64,000 bases of DNA. Source: Sandaracinaceae bacterium (GTDB taxonomy: Bacteria > Myxococcota_A > Polyangia > Polyangiales > Sandaracinaceae). Within the stretch, counting starts at the first letter, position 1. Each line of letters begins with the position of its first letter. Positions 16,516 through 24,707 of the stretch are shown one piece after another. Where the stretch lies: NCBI GenBank assembly GCA_044220955.1, contig JBGAQA010000005.1, forward strand, positions 9,897 through 73,896, in the 5' to 3' direction. Below the pieces are notes generated by a model that saw nothing but the letters and a program-made list of their open reading frames with translations, was not told the origin of the DNA and searched no databases. The translations under genes and the position numbers were made by a program.

Positions 16516-17439
16516 TCAGCGCGGCAGGCTCTGGACGATCTGCTCCGAGCGCTCCCAGAGCTTCTGGGCGAGCGCCGGGTCTCGTCCGTCGGCGCGGCAC
16601 TTGGCGACGTTGCAGTCGGCCCAGTACTCCCCCGTCACGCCGGCCGCGCCCGGGCTCGCGGCGAGGTAGACCTGCGTCGCGGCGCCCTCCGGGATCGATT
16701 TCATCGCGAGCGGCACCGCGACGGCCAGGCCCACGCGCATGAGTGGGTTCATGTGCCGGCCGAGGTTGGTCGCGATCACGCCGGGGTGGAGCGCGTTCGC
16801 AGTCTTGTTCGTGCCCGCGAGCTTCTTGGCGAGCTCCTTGGCGAACAGGATGTTCGCCATCTTCGACTGACCGTAGAACGTCCACGGCGAGTAGCCCTTG
16901 CTGCCGTCGAGGTTGTCGAAGTCGATGCCGCCCGTCGGCGCGTTGCGGTGCGCGCTGCTCGAGGTGATGACGATGCGGCCGTCGTCCGCCAGCGCGTCGA
17001 GCAGGCCCGTGACCAGGATGAAATGCCCGATGTGGTTCGTGAAGAACTGCAGCTCGCAGCCGTGTGCGGTCTCGAGCTTCGGCAGCGCCATGATCCCGGC
17101 GTTGCACACGATCGCGTCGATCTTGCCGAGCTTGTCGCCGATCGTGCGCACCGCTGCGCGCACGGACTTCGGATCGGAGAGCTCGCACGCCACGCCCGTG
17201 GTCTTGCCCTTCACGGAGCGCCCTGCCTCGCTGGCCTTCGTCTCGGTGCGCGCTGTGCCGATCACGTGCGCACCGCGCATGGCGAGCACGCGCATCGTCT
17301 CGAGGCCGAGCCCGGAGTTGCAGCCCGTCACGACGATGGCCTTGCCCTCGAGCGACACGCCCTCGGTCACCTGCTCGGCCGTCGATCCGTACCCGAACCC
17401 GCTCGCACCCTTGCCCGCGAGCATCGAATAGAGCGACAT
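16516..17439 (-). CDS. Short-chain dehydrogenase/reductase (retinol dehydrogenase/WWOX-like)
   Basis: TGCNSGLG, CNAGIM, NHIGHF, YGQSK, LHPGVIATNL. Confidence 0.92.
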   Translation of the reverse strand: MSLYSMLAGKGASGFGYGSTAEQVTEGVSLEGKAIVVTGCNSGLGLETMRVLAMRGAHVIGTARTETKASEAGRSVKGKTTGVACELSDPKSVRAAVRTIGDKLGKIDAIVCNAGIMALPKLETAHGCELQFFTNHIGHFILVTGLLDALADDGRIVITSSSAHRNAPTGGIDFDNLDGSKGYSPWTFYGQSKMANILFAKELAKKLAGTNKTANALHPGVIATNLGRHMNPLMRVGLAVAVPLAMKSIPEGAATQVYLAASPGAAGVTGEYWADCNVAKCRADGRDPALAQKLWERSEQIVQSLPR

Positions 17440-17523
17440 GAGGCGGGGTGTAGGGCCGCCGTGCCCAGGGCGCACGTGAACAACTGTTTCGCGCGCGGTG
17501 GCCGCTGCGCTAACAATCACCTC

Positions 17524-18966
17524 ATGAGCAACGCGGGTTTCGCGGCGATCGTGCTCGCCGCCGGGCAGGGGACGCGGATGAAGAGCGCCCTGCCCAAGGT
17601 GCTGCACTCCGTGTGCGGCGTGCCGATGGTGGCGCACGTGGTGATGGCGGCCCAGCGTGCGGGCGCGAGCCGGGTGGTCGTGGTGGTCGGGCACGGGCGC
17701 GAGGCGGTCGAGAAGGATCTCGGACGGCGCTTCGGCCCCGACGTGACCACGGCCGTGCAGACCGAGCAGAAGGGCACCGGACATGCCGCCCTCTGCGCCA
17801 TGCCGGCGCTCGACGGCCACGAGGGGACCGTCGTGGTGCTCGCCGGCGACACACCTCTTCTTCCGTCGGATGCCATCGTCGCCCTGGTCGAGGCGCGCGG
17901 AGAGAGACGCCTCGCGATGCTCACGAGCACGCTCGACGACGCGACGGGCTACGGGCGCGTGCTTCGCGACGCGAGCGGCGCGGCGGTCGGCGTCCGGGAG
18001 CACAGGGACGCCAGCGAGTCCGAGCGCGCGATCCGGGAGTGGAACACCGGGGTCTACGCGATCGATGCCTCGTTCTTGCGGCGCACGCTGCCGACGCTCG
18101 GCGCGAACAACGCACAGGGCGAGCTCTACCTCACCGACCTCGTCGAGCGCGCGTCGCGCGAGGGCGGCGCGGCGACCGCGGGCTGGCGCGCCGACGACGT
18201 CGCGGGCGTGAACGACCGCGCGCAGCTGGCCGAGCTCGAGCGGGCGATGCGCCTGCGGATCGCGACGGCGTTCGCGCGCGCAGGCGTGACGATCCGCGAT
18301 CCGCACACGGCGTACCTCGACGCGACCGTGACGATCGCGGCGGATGCGACGATCGAGCCGAACGTGCACCTGCGCGGGGCGACGAAGATCGGCGCCGGCG
18401 CGCGCGTGGACACGGGCTGCGTGCTCACCGACGTCGTGGTGCACGAGCGCGCCGTCCTCAAGCCCTACACCATCGCGACCGAGAGCTCGATCGGGGCGGG
18501 CGCGCAGATCGGGCCCTTCTCGCACCTGCGCCCGGAGAGCGTGCTCGCCGAGGACGTGCACGTCGGCAACTTCGTCGAGACCAAGAAGACGCGCATCGGC
18601 AAGGGCAGCAAGGCCAACCACCTCGCCTACCTCGGCGACGGGCTCGTCGGCGAGGGCGTGAACGTCGGTGCGGGCACGATCTTCTGCAACTACGACGGCT
18701 TCGCCAAGCACCAGACCGTGCTCGAGGACGGCGTGTTCATCGGGTCGGACACGCAGCTGGTCGCGCCGGTGAGGGTCGGCAAGAACGCGACCGTCGCCGC
18801 GGGCAGCACCGTCACGATGGACGTGCCCGCCGACGCGCTCGCGATCAGCCGCACCAAGCAGGCGAACAAGGACGGAGTCGCCGCGAAGCTCCGCACGCGC
18901 ATGAAGGCGAGCGCCGACGCGGCCAAGCAAGCGCAGAAGCGTCCGCCGACGGATAGGTCCGGATGA
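17524..18966 (+). CDS. glmU: Bifunctional UDP-GlcNAc pyrophosphorylase/glucosamine-1-P N-acetyltransferase
   Basis: LAAGQGTRMKSALPKVLH, NAQGELYLTD, GNFVETKK, KANHLAYLGD, NYDG. Confidence 0.97.
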   Translation: MSNAGFAAIVLAAGQGTRMKSALPKVLHSVCGVPMVAHVVMAAQRAGASRVVVVVGHGREAVEKDLGRRFGPDVTTAVQTEQKGTGHAALCAMPALDGHEGTVVVLAGDTPLLPSDAIVALVEARGERRLAMLTSTLDDATGYGRVLRDASGAAVGVREHRDASESERAIREWNTGVYAIDASFLRRTLPTLGANNAQGELYLTDLVERASREGGAATAGWRADDVAGVNDRAQLAELERAMRLRIATAFARAGVTIRDPHTAYLDATVTIAADATIEPNVHLRGATKIGAGARVDTGCVLTDVVVHERAVLKPYTIATESSIGAGAQIGPFSHLRPESVLAEDVHVGNFVETKKTRIGKGSKANHLAYLGDGLVGEGVNVGAGTIFCNYDGFAKHQTVLEDGVFIGSDTQLVAPVRVGKNATVAAGSTVTMDVPADALAISRTKQANKDGVAAKLRTRMKASADAAKQAQKRPPTDRSG

Positions 18967-19409
18967 CGCGCCGCGCGCCGGCGATCGTCTTCGCGTCGGT
19001 CCTGCTCGCCCCCGGCTGCGCGCTCTCCCACGAGATCAGCGTGGATGCGAACGTCGACGCGGGCGACGCAGCGCGCGTGCTCGCCCCGTGCCGCGCCGGC
19101 GAGGCGGGCACCGGACGCGACTGCGGCTGGGACGACCGCGGAACGGTCCCCTGCCGCCCCGGTGCGGTCGTGAGCATCGGCTGCGGCGCGGAGTGCGGGC
19201 TCGGCGCGTGCTCCGGTGACGCGGTCCTGCGTGTCTGCGACGGCGTCCCGTGCACCGCCGCGCGGGCGCTCGCGGCCGACGACGACTCCTGCGGCAGCCT
19301 GTGCTCGCTCGTGCGGGCCGTGAGCTGCCCCGCGTCCGGGCAGCTGCGGGTGCTCACCGGCTCGTTCTCGGCCGGCAACGGGTACACGTGCTCGTTCGTG
19401 GCGCGATGA
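18963..19409 (+). CDS. Cys-rich lipoprotein
   Basis: Lipobox LAPGC, many Cys, DDDSCG motif; overlaps both neighbours by 4 nt. Confidence 0.75.
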   Translation: MTRRAPAIVFASVLLAPGCALSHEISVDANVDAGDAARVLAPCRAGEAGTGRDCGWDDRGTVPCRPGAVVSIGCGAECGLGACSGDAVLRVCDGVPCTAARALAADDDSCGSLCSLVRAVSCPASGQLRVLTGSFSAGNGYTCSFVAR

Positions 19410-20545
19410 GCACGCGCGACGCCATCGTCCTGGGGCTGGGGGTGATGGGCACGGCGGCGCTGCACCGGCTGGCGCTCGCCGGGCAGCGCGTGCTCGGGAT
19501 CGACCGCTTCGCCGTGCCGAGCGCGATGGGCAGCTCGCACGGCGGGACGCGGGTGACGCGCAAGGCGTACTTCGAGGACGCTCGCTACGTACCGCTCCTC
19601 GAGCGGAGCTGGGCGCTCGTCTCGGAGATGGAGGCCGCGCGCGGCGAGACGCTGCTCGTCCGCACCGGCGGTCTCTACTTCGGCCCCGACGGATCGGCGG
19701 GCGTGCGTGCCTCGTACGAGGCCGCGCGCCTCCACGGCCTGGTCCACGAGTGGCTCGACGCGAGCGCGATCCGCGCCCGCTTCCCCATGTTCGCGCCCGC
19801 GGACGACGACGTGGGCGTCTTCGAGCCCGATGCCGGGATCCTCTACGCGGAGAAGGTGGTGGCCGCGCAGGCTGCGCTCGCGCGCGAAGCGGGCGCGGAG
19901 CTGCGCGCCGACGAGCGCGCGACGCGCGTCGTGCTGGGTGAGGGCGGCGTGCGTGTCGAGACCGAGCGCGGCAGCTACGACGCCGAGCGGCTCGTGCTGG
20001 CGCTCGGGCCCTGGACCTCGAGCGCGCTCCCGGGGCTGCCGCCCTCGCCCATCCCGCTGCGTGTCGAGCGCCAGGTGCAGCTCTGGCTCGCGCCGCGAGA
20101 TCCATCGCTGTTCGTGCCCGAGCGCATGCCGGTGTTCCTGCGCTTCGACGCGCCCCACGCCTTCTACGGCCTGCCCTCGGCCGTCCATCCGGGCGTGAAG
20201 GTCTGCCAGCACCACGGGGGAAGCGCCGCCGACCCGGACACGCTCGATCGAGCGCTGCGCGCTGCCGACGAGGCGCCCGTGCGGGCGTTCGTGCGGCGCT
20301 TCATGCCCATGGCCGACGGCGAGGTGGTCGGAGCCCGCGTCTGCATGTACACGAACACGCCCGACGAGAACTTCGTGGTCGGTGTGCATCCGGCGCACGC
20401 GCGCGTGCTCGTGATGGCGGGCTTCTCGGGGCACGGCTTCAAGCTGGCGCCCGCGATGGGTGAGCTGATCGCCGAGCTGGCCACGCGCGGCAGGACCACG
20501 CTCGATGCGTCGCTGCTCGATCCGCTGCGCGCGCTCGAGAGCTGA
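19406..20545 (+). CDS. solA: N-methyl-L-tryptophan oxidase/monomeric sarcosine oxidase family
   Basis: GLGVMG, GSSHGGTRVTRKAYFE, CMYTNTPD, GFSGHGFK. Confidence 0.88.
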   Translation: MSTRDAIVLGLGVMGTAALHRLALAGQRVLGIDRFAVPSAMGSSHGGTRVTRKAYFEDARYVPLLERSWALVSEMEAARGETLLVRTGGLYFGPDGSAGVRASYEAARLHGLVHEWLDASAIRARFPMFAPADDDVGVFEPDAGILYAEKVVAAQAALAREAGAELRADERATRVVLGEGGVRVETERGSYDAERLVLALGPWTSSALPGLPPSPIPLRVERQVQLWLAPRDPSLFVPERMPVFLRFDAPHAFYGLPSAVHPGVKVCQHHGGSAADPDTLDRALRAADEAPVRAFVRRFMPMADGEVVGARVCMYTNTPDENFVVGVHPAHARVLVMAGFSGHGFKLAPAMGELIAELATRGRTTLDASLLDPLRALES

Positions 20546-20626
20546 ACGGGAACCTCGGCGAGCGTTCCGGTCGAGCGACTGGACGCGCCCGCGTCCGCGG
20601 ACGACCATGTCCCCGCGAGGGCCGTC

Positions 20627-21691
20627 GTGAAAGAAGCGCGCTGGGTGCGGATCTGGGCCGCGATCGCTCTGCTGACGAGCGCGTGCGCCGACACGACCGG
20701 GGGCGCGGGCGACTCCGGAGCGGAGGCCGACGCGGACCGCGACGCCGGTGGCGGCGACTCCGGGTCGGCGCTCGACGCGGGGAGCGAGGGCGGGACCGTC
20801 GCGGACGCCGGGACCGATGGCGGCGCATCCGGCTCGGACGCCTCCCACGCTCCCGACGCGGCCGCCTGCCCTGCGCGTCCGTACCTCGGCTTCTTCGTCT
20901 GGAACGACGACCTCGTCACAGCGCGCGACGCGATCCTCGACCTCGCCCAGGGCGCGGGCGTGACCGAGATCTACCTCCACGCCAACCTCTTCTACGCGGG
21001 GGACGAGACCGAGACCACGCTCGCCGCGTGGATCGACGCCGCCCACGCGCGCTGCATCGACGTGGACCTGCTCTTCGGCAACGCGAGCTGGATCCATCCC
21101 GCAGGCCGCGCACAGGCGAGCGCACGCGCAGACTGGGCCGTCGCCTTCGCCGCCGCGCACCCGGGCTCACGCCCGACGGGCGTGCACTTCGATCTCGAGC
21201 CGCAGCAGCTCGCCGAGTGGTCGGACACCACGACGCATCCGGCGCTGGTGAGCGAGCTCGTCGACACGCTCACCGCGATCCGACCGGCGACCGACGCGGG
21301 CGGGCTCGTGCTCTCGGTCGACACCGGCTTCTTCCTCGACGGCGTGATGGTCACGCGGAGCGGCACGACGAGACCCGGCAGCGAGTGGGTCACCGACGCG
21401 GTCACGCGCCTCGTGGTGATGGACTACCGCGACAGCGCGGCGTCGATGGGCCACGGCGGGATGATCAGCCTGGCGCAGGACGAGGTGGACTACGCTGCCG
21501 CCCACGGCACGCCCGTCGTCCTCGCGGCGGAGACGAACCCGATCAGCCCCGAGTACGTGTCGTTCGCCGAGGAGGGACGAGCGGCGATGTTCGTCGAGCT
21601 CGACCTCGTACGCGCGCACTTCGCCTCCGCCGCGACGTTCGCCGGCGTCGCCGTCCACGATCGCGACGGGCTCGCGGCGCTCGGGCCCTGA
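20627..21691 (+). CDS. Lipoprotein with D-A-G linker and TIM-barrel-like, possibly glycoside hydrolase-like domain
   Basis: Lipobox TSAC, GVHFDLEP, VVMDYRD, GVAVHD. Confidence 0.65.
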   Translation: MKEARWVRIWAAIALLTSACADTTGGAGDSGAEADADRDAGGGDSGSALDAGSEGGTVADAGTDGGASGSDASHAPDAAACPARPYLGFFVWNDDLVTARDAILDLAQGAGVTEIYLHANLFYAGDETETTLAAWIDAAHARCIDVDLLFGNASWIHPAGRAQASARADWAVAFAAAHPGSRPTGVHFDLEPQQLAEWSDTTTHPALVSELVDTLTAIRPATDAGGLVLSVDTGFFLDGVMVTRSGTTRPGSEWVTDAVTRLVVMDYRDSAASMGHGGMISLAQDEVDYAAAHGTPVVLAAETNPISPEYVSFAEEGRAAMFVELDLVRAHFASAATFAGVAVHDRDGLAALGP

Positions 21692-21700
21692 CCCGCTCGC

Positions 21701-23821
21701 TCAGCGAGCGCGCAGGAGGCGGAAGCTCCGCGGCGGCATCGACGTGCTGCCGCCGCTCGCCGTCGCTCCGCTGACGAGATCGTCGTAGCTGCCCGCGGGG
21801 ATCGTGACCGTCTGCGCGCTGTCGGCGCGGTTGATCGCGACGACGACGTCGCTCGCGCCCATGCAGCCCGTCCGCCGGTACACCCACGTGTCGGCGCTCG
21901 CCGAGATCGTCACGCGGCGGCCGCGACCGAGGACGGGGTTCTCGCCGCGCGCGCGAGCGAGCGTGCGGACGGTGCTCCGCAGCGCCACCTGAGGAGCCAG
22001 GAGGGAGGCATCCGTCCAGTTCATCGTGCGGCGGTTGTCGGGATCGCCACCGCCCGCGAGGCCGATCTCGTCGCCGTAGTAGATCATCGGCACGCCCGCG
22101 TTCGTCAGCATCACGGCGAAGGCCAGCGCGAGCCGCTCGTACGCGGCGGCGTCGGTCGGCTGCGCGAAGCTGCTCGGGGTCCACGAGTTGCCGACGTAGC
22201 TGCCCTGGCGGCAGTCGCCGATCTGCCCGCTGGCGAAGTGGATCGCGCGCGGAATGTCGTGGTTGCCGATCCACGTGCTCATGAGCGCGCCGTCGCCGTA
22301 CGCGTGGTCGTTGGCGTCCATCCACCCCGAGAAGGCGTCGAGCCCCATCGTGCGCGAGAAGAGCGCCTCGCAGGCGCGCGCCTTGAACGGGAAGTCGAAC
22401 TGCCCGTCGAGCATGGTGTCCGGATCCACGAAGCGGCCGATGAGCGCCTGGTCGTCGTAGCTGAACGTCTCGCCCACCATGTAGAAGCGGCCGCCCGTCG
22501 GCATGGGGAACGCCGACTCGACGCGCGAGCGCAGATCGGTGAGCCAGCTGAGCGGCACGTGCTTGATCGCGTCGAGGCGCAGGCCGTCGAGGTGGTACTC
22601 GCGGGCCCACCACACGGCGTCGGACACCGACCAGTGGCGCGGCGCGTCCTGGTAGTAGTCGAAGCTCGGCAGGTACGTGGTGAACGCGCAGCGCGTGCCC
22701 CAGTACGAGTCGTCCCAGACGTTGCCGTCACCGCAGGTGCGGACGGGCGAGACGAACCAGCTCGGGTGGGCCCGGTACAGACCGCTCAGGTCGTCGACGT
22801 GCTTCATCACGTAGTCGAAGAGCACGCGCATCGGATGGCCGTCGGCGCCCGTGGTCGCGTGCGCGCCGTCGACCAGCGCATGCAGGTCGGCGCTCGTACC
22901 GATGCGGGGCTCGACGAGCGGACTCGGCGACCCGCTCGCGAGCGAGCCGTCGGCCGCGTAGCTCACGTCGCCGGGCGAAGGCCAGTAGCCGTGGTAGCCG
23001 GAATAGAGGTGCGTGTCGCTCACGGGGTCGCCGGCGGCGCCGGTCGCGTCGCGGTTGTCGTAGGGAGCCGAGAGCCAGATGGCCGTCACGCCGAGATCGG
23101 CGAGGTAGGGCAGCTCCATCGTCACCCCGCGCAGGTCGCCGCCCTCGTACTGGCCGCTCGGGCCGGTGCGCGCGTCGCCGTCGGTCGCGCCGGCGACGGG
23201 CATGTTCGCGCCGTCGCTGTCGCGGAAGCGATCGGTCATCACGAAGTAGAGGACGGTGTCGCGCCAGTCGACGTCGGTGAGCGTGCCGCAGCTCGCGCCG
23301 CACACGTCGATGATGCTGTTGAAGCCGCCGAAGCCGTCGGACTCGCGCACCGGGTTGCCGGGATCGGGGATCCACGTCGGCGAGCCGTCCACGATCAGCT
23401 TGTAGCGATGCGGGCCGAAGGGCGTGATCAGCGTGGTCACCGACCAGAGGCCACTGCCCGCGTCGCGCGTCATCGCGAGTGCGCCGGTCGCGGGCGAGCC
23501 GGGCCAGGTGCCGGTCGCATCGGCGAGCCAGTCCCCCGTGACCCACACGCTGCTCGCGGACGGTGCGTCGAGGGTGAACGTCACCTGGTTGCAGGGAGGA
23601 GGAGGAGGCCCGGCGTCCACGCTGGCGTCGTCCACCGGCGTCACGCCGCCCTCGGCGCACGACGCGTCGCCGGCGCCTGCCTCGTCGCACCCGCGGAAGA
23701 TCGGCCGCGGCCCGCCGTCGCGCCGATAGGTCGCGTCGTAGTCGAGCGTGCCGGGCGGCGAGGCGCACCCGAGGGCCGCGCTGCCGACGACGAGGATCAC
23801 GAGCGCCCACCGAGCGACCAC
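21701..23821 (-). CDS. GH13 alpha-amylase-family lipoprotein with N-terminal CBM48-like domain; start uncertain
   Basis: YFVMTDRF, GGDLRG, YHGYW, GLRLDAIKH, GNHD, PMIYYGDE; lipobox ALGC. Confidence 0.9.
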   Translation of the reverse strand: MVARWALVILVVGSAALGCASPPGTLDYDATYRRDGGPRPIFRGCDEAGAGDASCAEGGVTPVDDASVDAGPPPPPCNQVTFTLDAPSASSVWVTGDWLADATGTWPGSPATGALAMTRDAGSGLWSVTTLITPFGPHRYKLIVDGSPTWIPDPGNPVRESDGFGGFNSIIDVCGASCGTLTDVDWRDTVLYFVMTDRFRDSDGANMPVAGATDGDARTGPSGQYEGGDLRGVTMELPYLADLGVTAIWLSAPYDNRDATGAAGDPVSDTHLYSGYHGYWPSPGDVSYAADGSLASGSPSPLVEPRIGTSADLHALVDGAHATTGADGHPMRVLFDYVMKHVDDLSGLYRAHPSWFVSPVRTCGDGNVWDDSYWGTRCAFTTYLPSFDYYQDAPRHWSVSDAVWWAREYHLDGLRLDAIKHVPLSWLTDLRSRVESAFPMPTGGRFYMVGETFSYDDQALIGRFVDPDTMLDGQFDFPFKARACEALFSRTMGLDAFSGWMDANDHAYGDGALMSTWIGNHDIPRAIHFASGQIGDCRQGSYVGNSWTPSSFAQPTDAAAYERLALAFAVMLTNAGVPMIYYGDEIGLAGGGDPDNRRTMNWTDASLLAPQVALRSTVRTLARARGENPVLGRGRRVTISASADTWVYRRTGCMGASDVVVAINRADSAQTVTIPAGSYDDLVSGATASGGSTSMPPRSFRLLRAR

Positions 23822-23833
23822 GCCCCATACTAC

Positions 23834-23996
23834 GGGGTCACTCCACGCCACCTCAACTACTCGAAAGCACAGCGATCCGGCGGCTAGGTGCGCGTTTCGT
23901 GCGAACGCCCGGAAAACATGGCCGATCCGACGAATCGCGCACTTGGCCGCCGGATCGCCGTCGATTCGCGGGGTTCGAGGGGTGTGGAGTGACCCC
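23834..23996. mobile_element. MITE/REPIN-like palindromic element, long copy
   Basis: Same 13-bp terminal inverted repeat plus long imperfect inverted arms (GCGATCCGGCGGCTAGGTGCGCGTTTCG / CGAATCGCGCACTTGGCCGCCGGATCGC). Confidence 0.65.
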
Positions 23997-24053
23997 GCGT
24001 TTTCCTGAACCCGCGGGGCGTTGGGGGGCGTCCTTGTGTCCGAGAAGCACGAG

Positions 24054-24707
24054 ATGATGCCCGCGATGGCGGCTGAGGGAGACGGGGAGCCCGAGCAGGA
24101 CGGCGGCGGAGCGCGCGTGATCGCGATCTCCGAGCGCGTGCTGCTCGAGCGGCATCGCCGCGGAGAGCCGGACGCCTTCGCGGCGCTGGTGGCGGCGTTC
24201 CGTGCTCCGGTGTTCGGCTATCTGACGAGGTGTGGCGTGGCGGCGGCAGATCGAGACGACCTGTTCCAGGAGGTGTTCCTCCGCGTGCATCGCGCGGCAG
24301 GCCCCGGCGGGACGTCCGAGCTGCCGACCGGACCCGTCGCTCCCTGGCTCTTCACGATCGCCGTGAACCTCGTGCGCAGCCACTTCCGCAAGGCGAGCGT
24401 CCGGAAGATCATGACCCTCGACACCGAAGCAGGGGAGACGAGCGCGAGCGCAGGCGAGTCGCCCGAGCGCTCGCTCGAGACGCGCGAGAAGATGGCGTGG
24501 CTCGAGCAGGCGATCGCGAGGCTGCCGCTCGAGCAGCGCGAGGCGCTGGTGCTCTCGTCGGTCGAGGGGCTCGAGCTGGCCGAGGTCGCGCTCGCGCTCG
24601 AGGTCCCCGCCGAGACCGTCAAGACGCGCATCCGGCGCGCACGCCTGGCGCTGGCCGAGGCACGCACGCGCGCGAGCGTGCGCGCCGCACGGGAGGAGTC
24701 GCGATGA
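24054..24707 (+). CDS. ECF sigma factor; start uncertain
   Basis: DDLFQEVFLRV, WLFTIAVNLVRSH, region 4 LAEVALALEVPAETVKTRIRRAR. Confidence 0.9.
   Translation: MMPAMAAEGDGEPEQDGGGARVIAISERVLLERHRRGEPDAFAALVAAFRAPVFGYLTRCGVAAADRDDLFQEVFLRVHRAAGPGGTSELPTGPVAPWLFTIAVNLVRSHFRKASVRKIMTLDTEAGETSASAGESPERSLETREKMAWLEQAIARLPLEQREALVLSSVEGLELAEVALALEVPAETVKTRIRRARLALAEARTRASVRAAREESR

Noticed and set aside
23834..23996. Tn3-family transposon end (GGGG terminus)
   Set aside because: No 5-bp target-site duplication, no transposase or resolvase, and the similarity is limited to the first few bases; kept only as a generic MITE/REPIN-like element.
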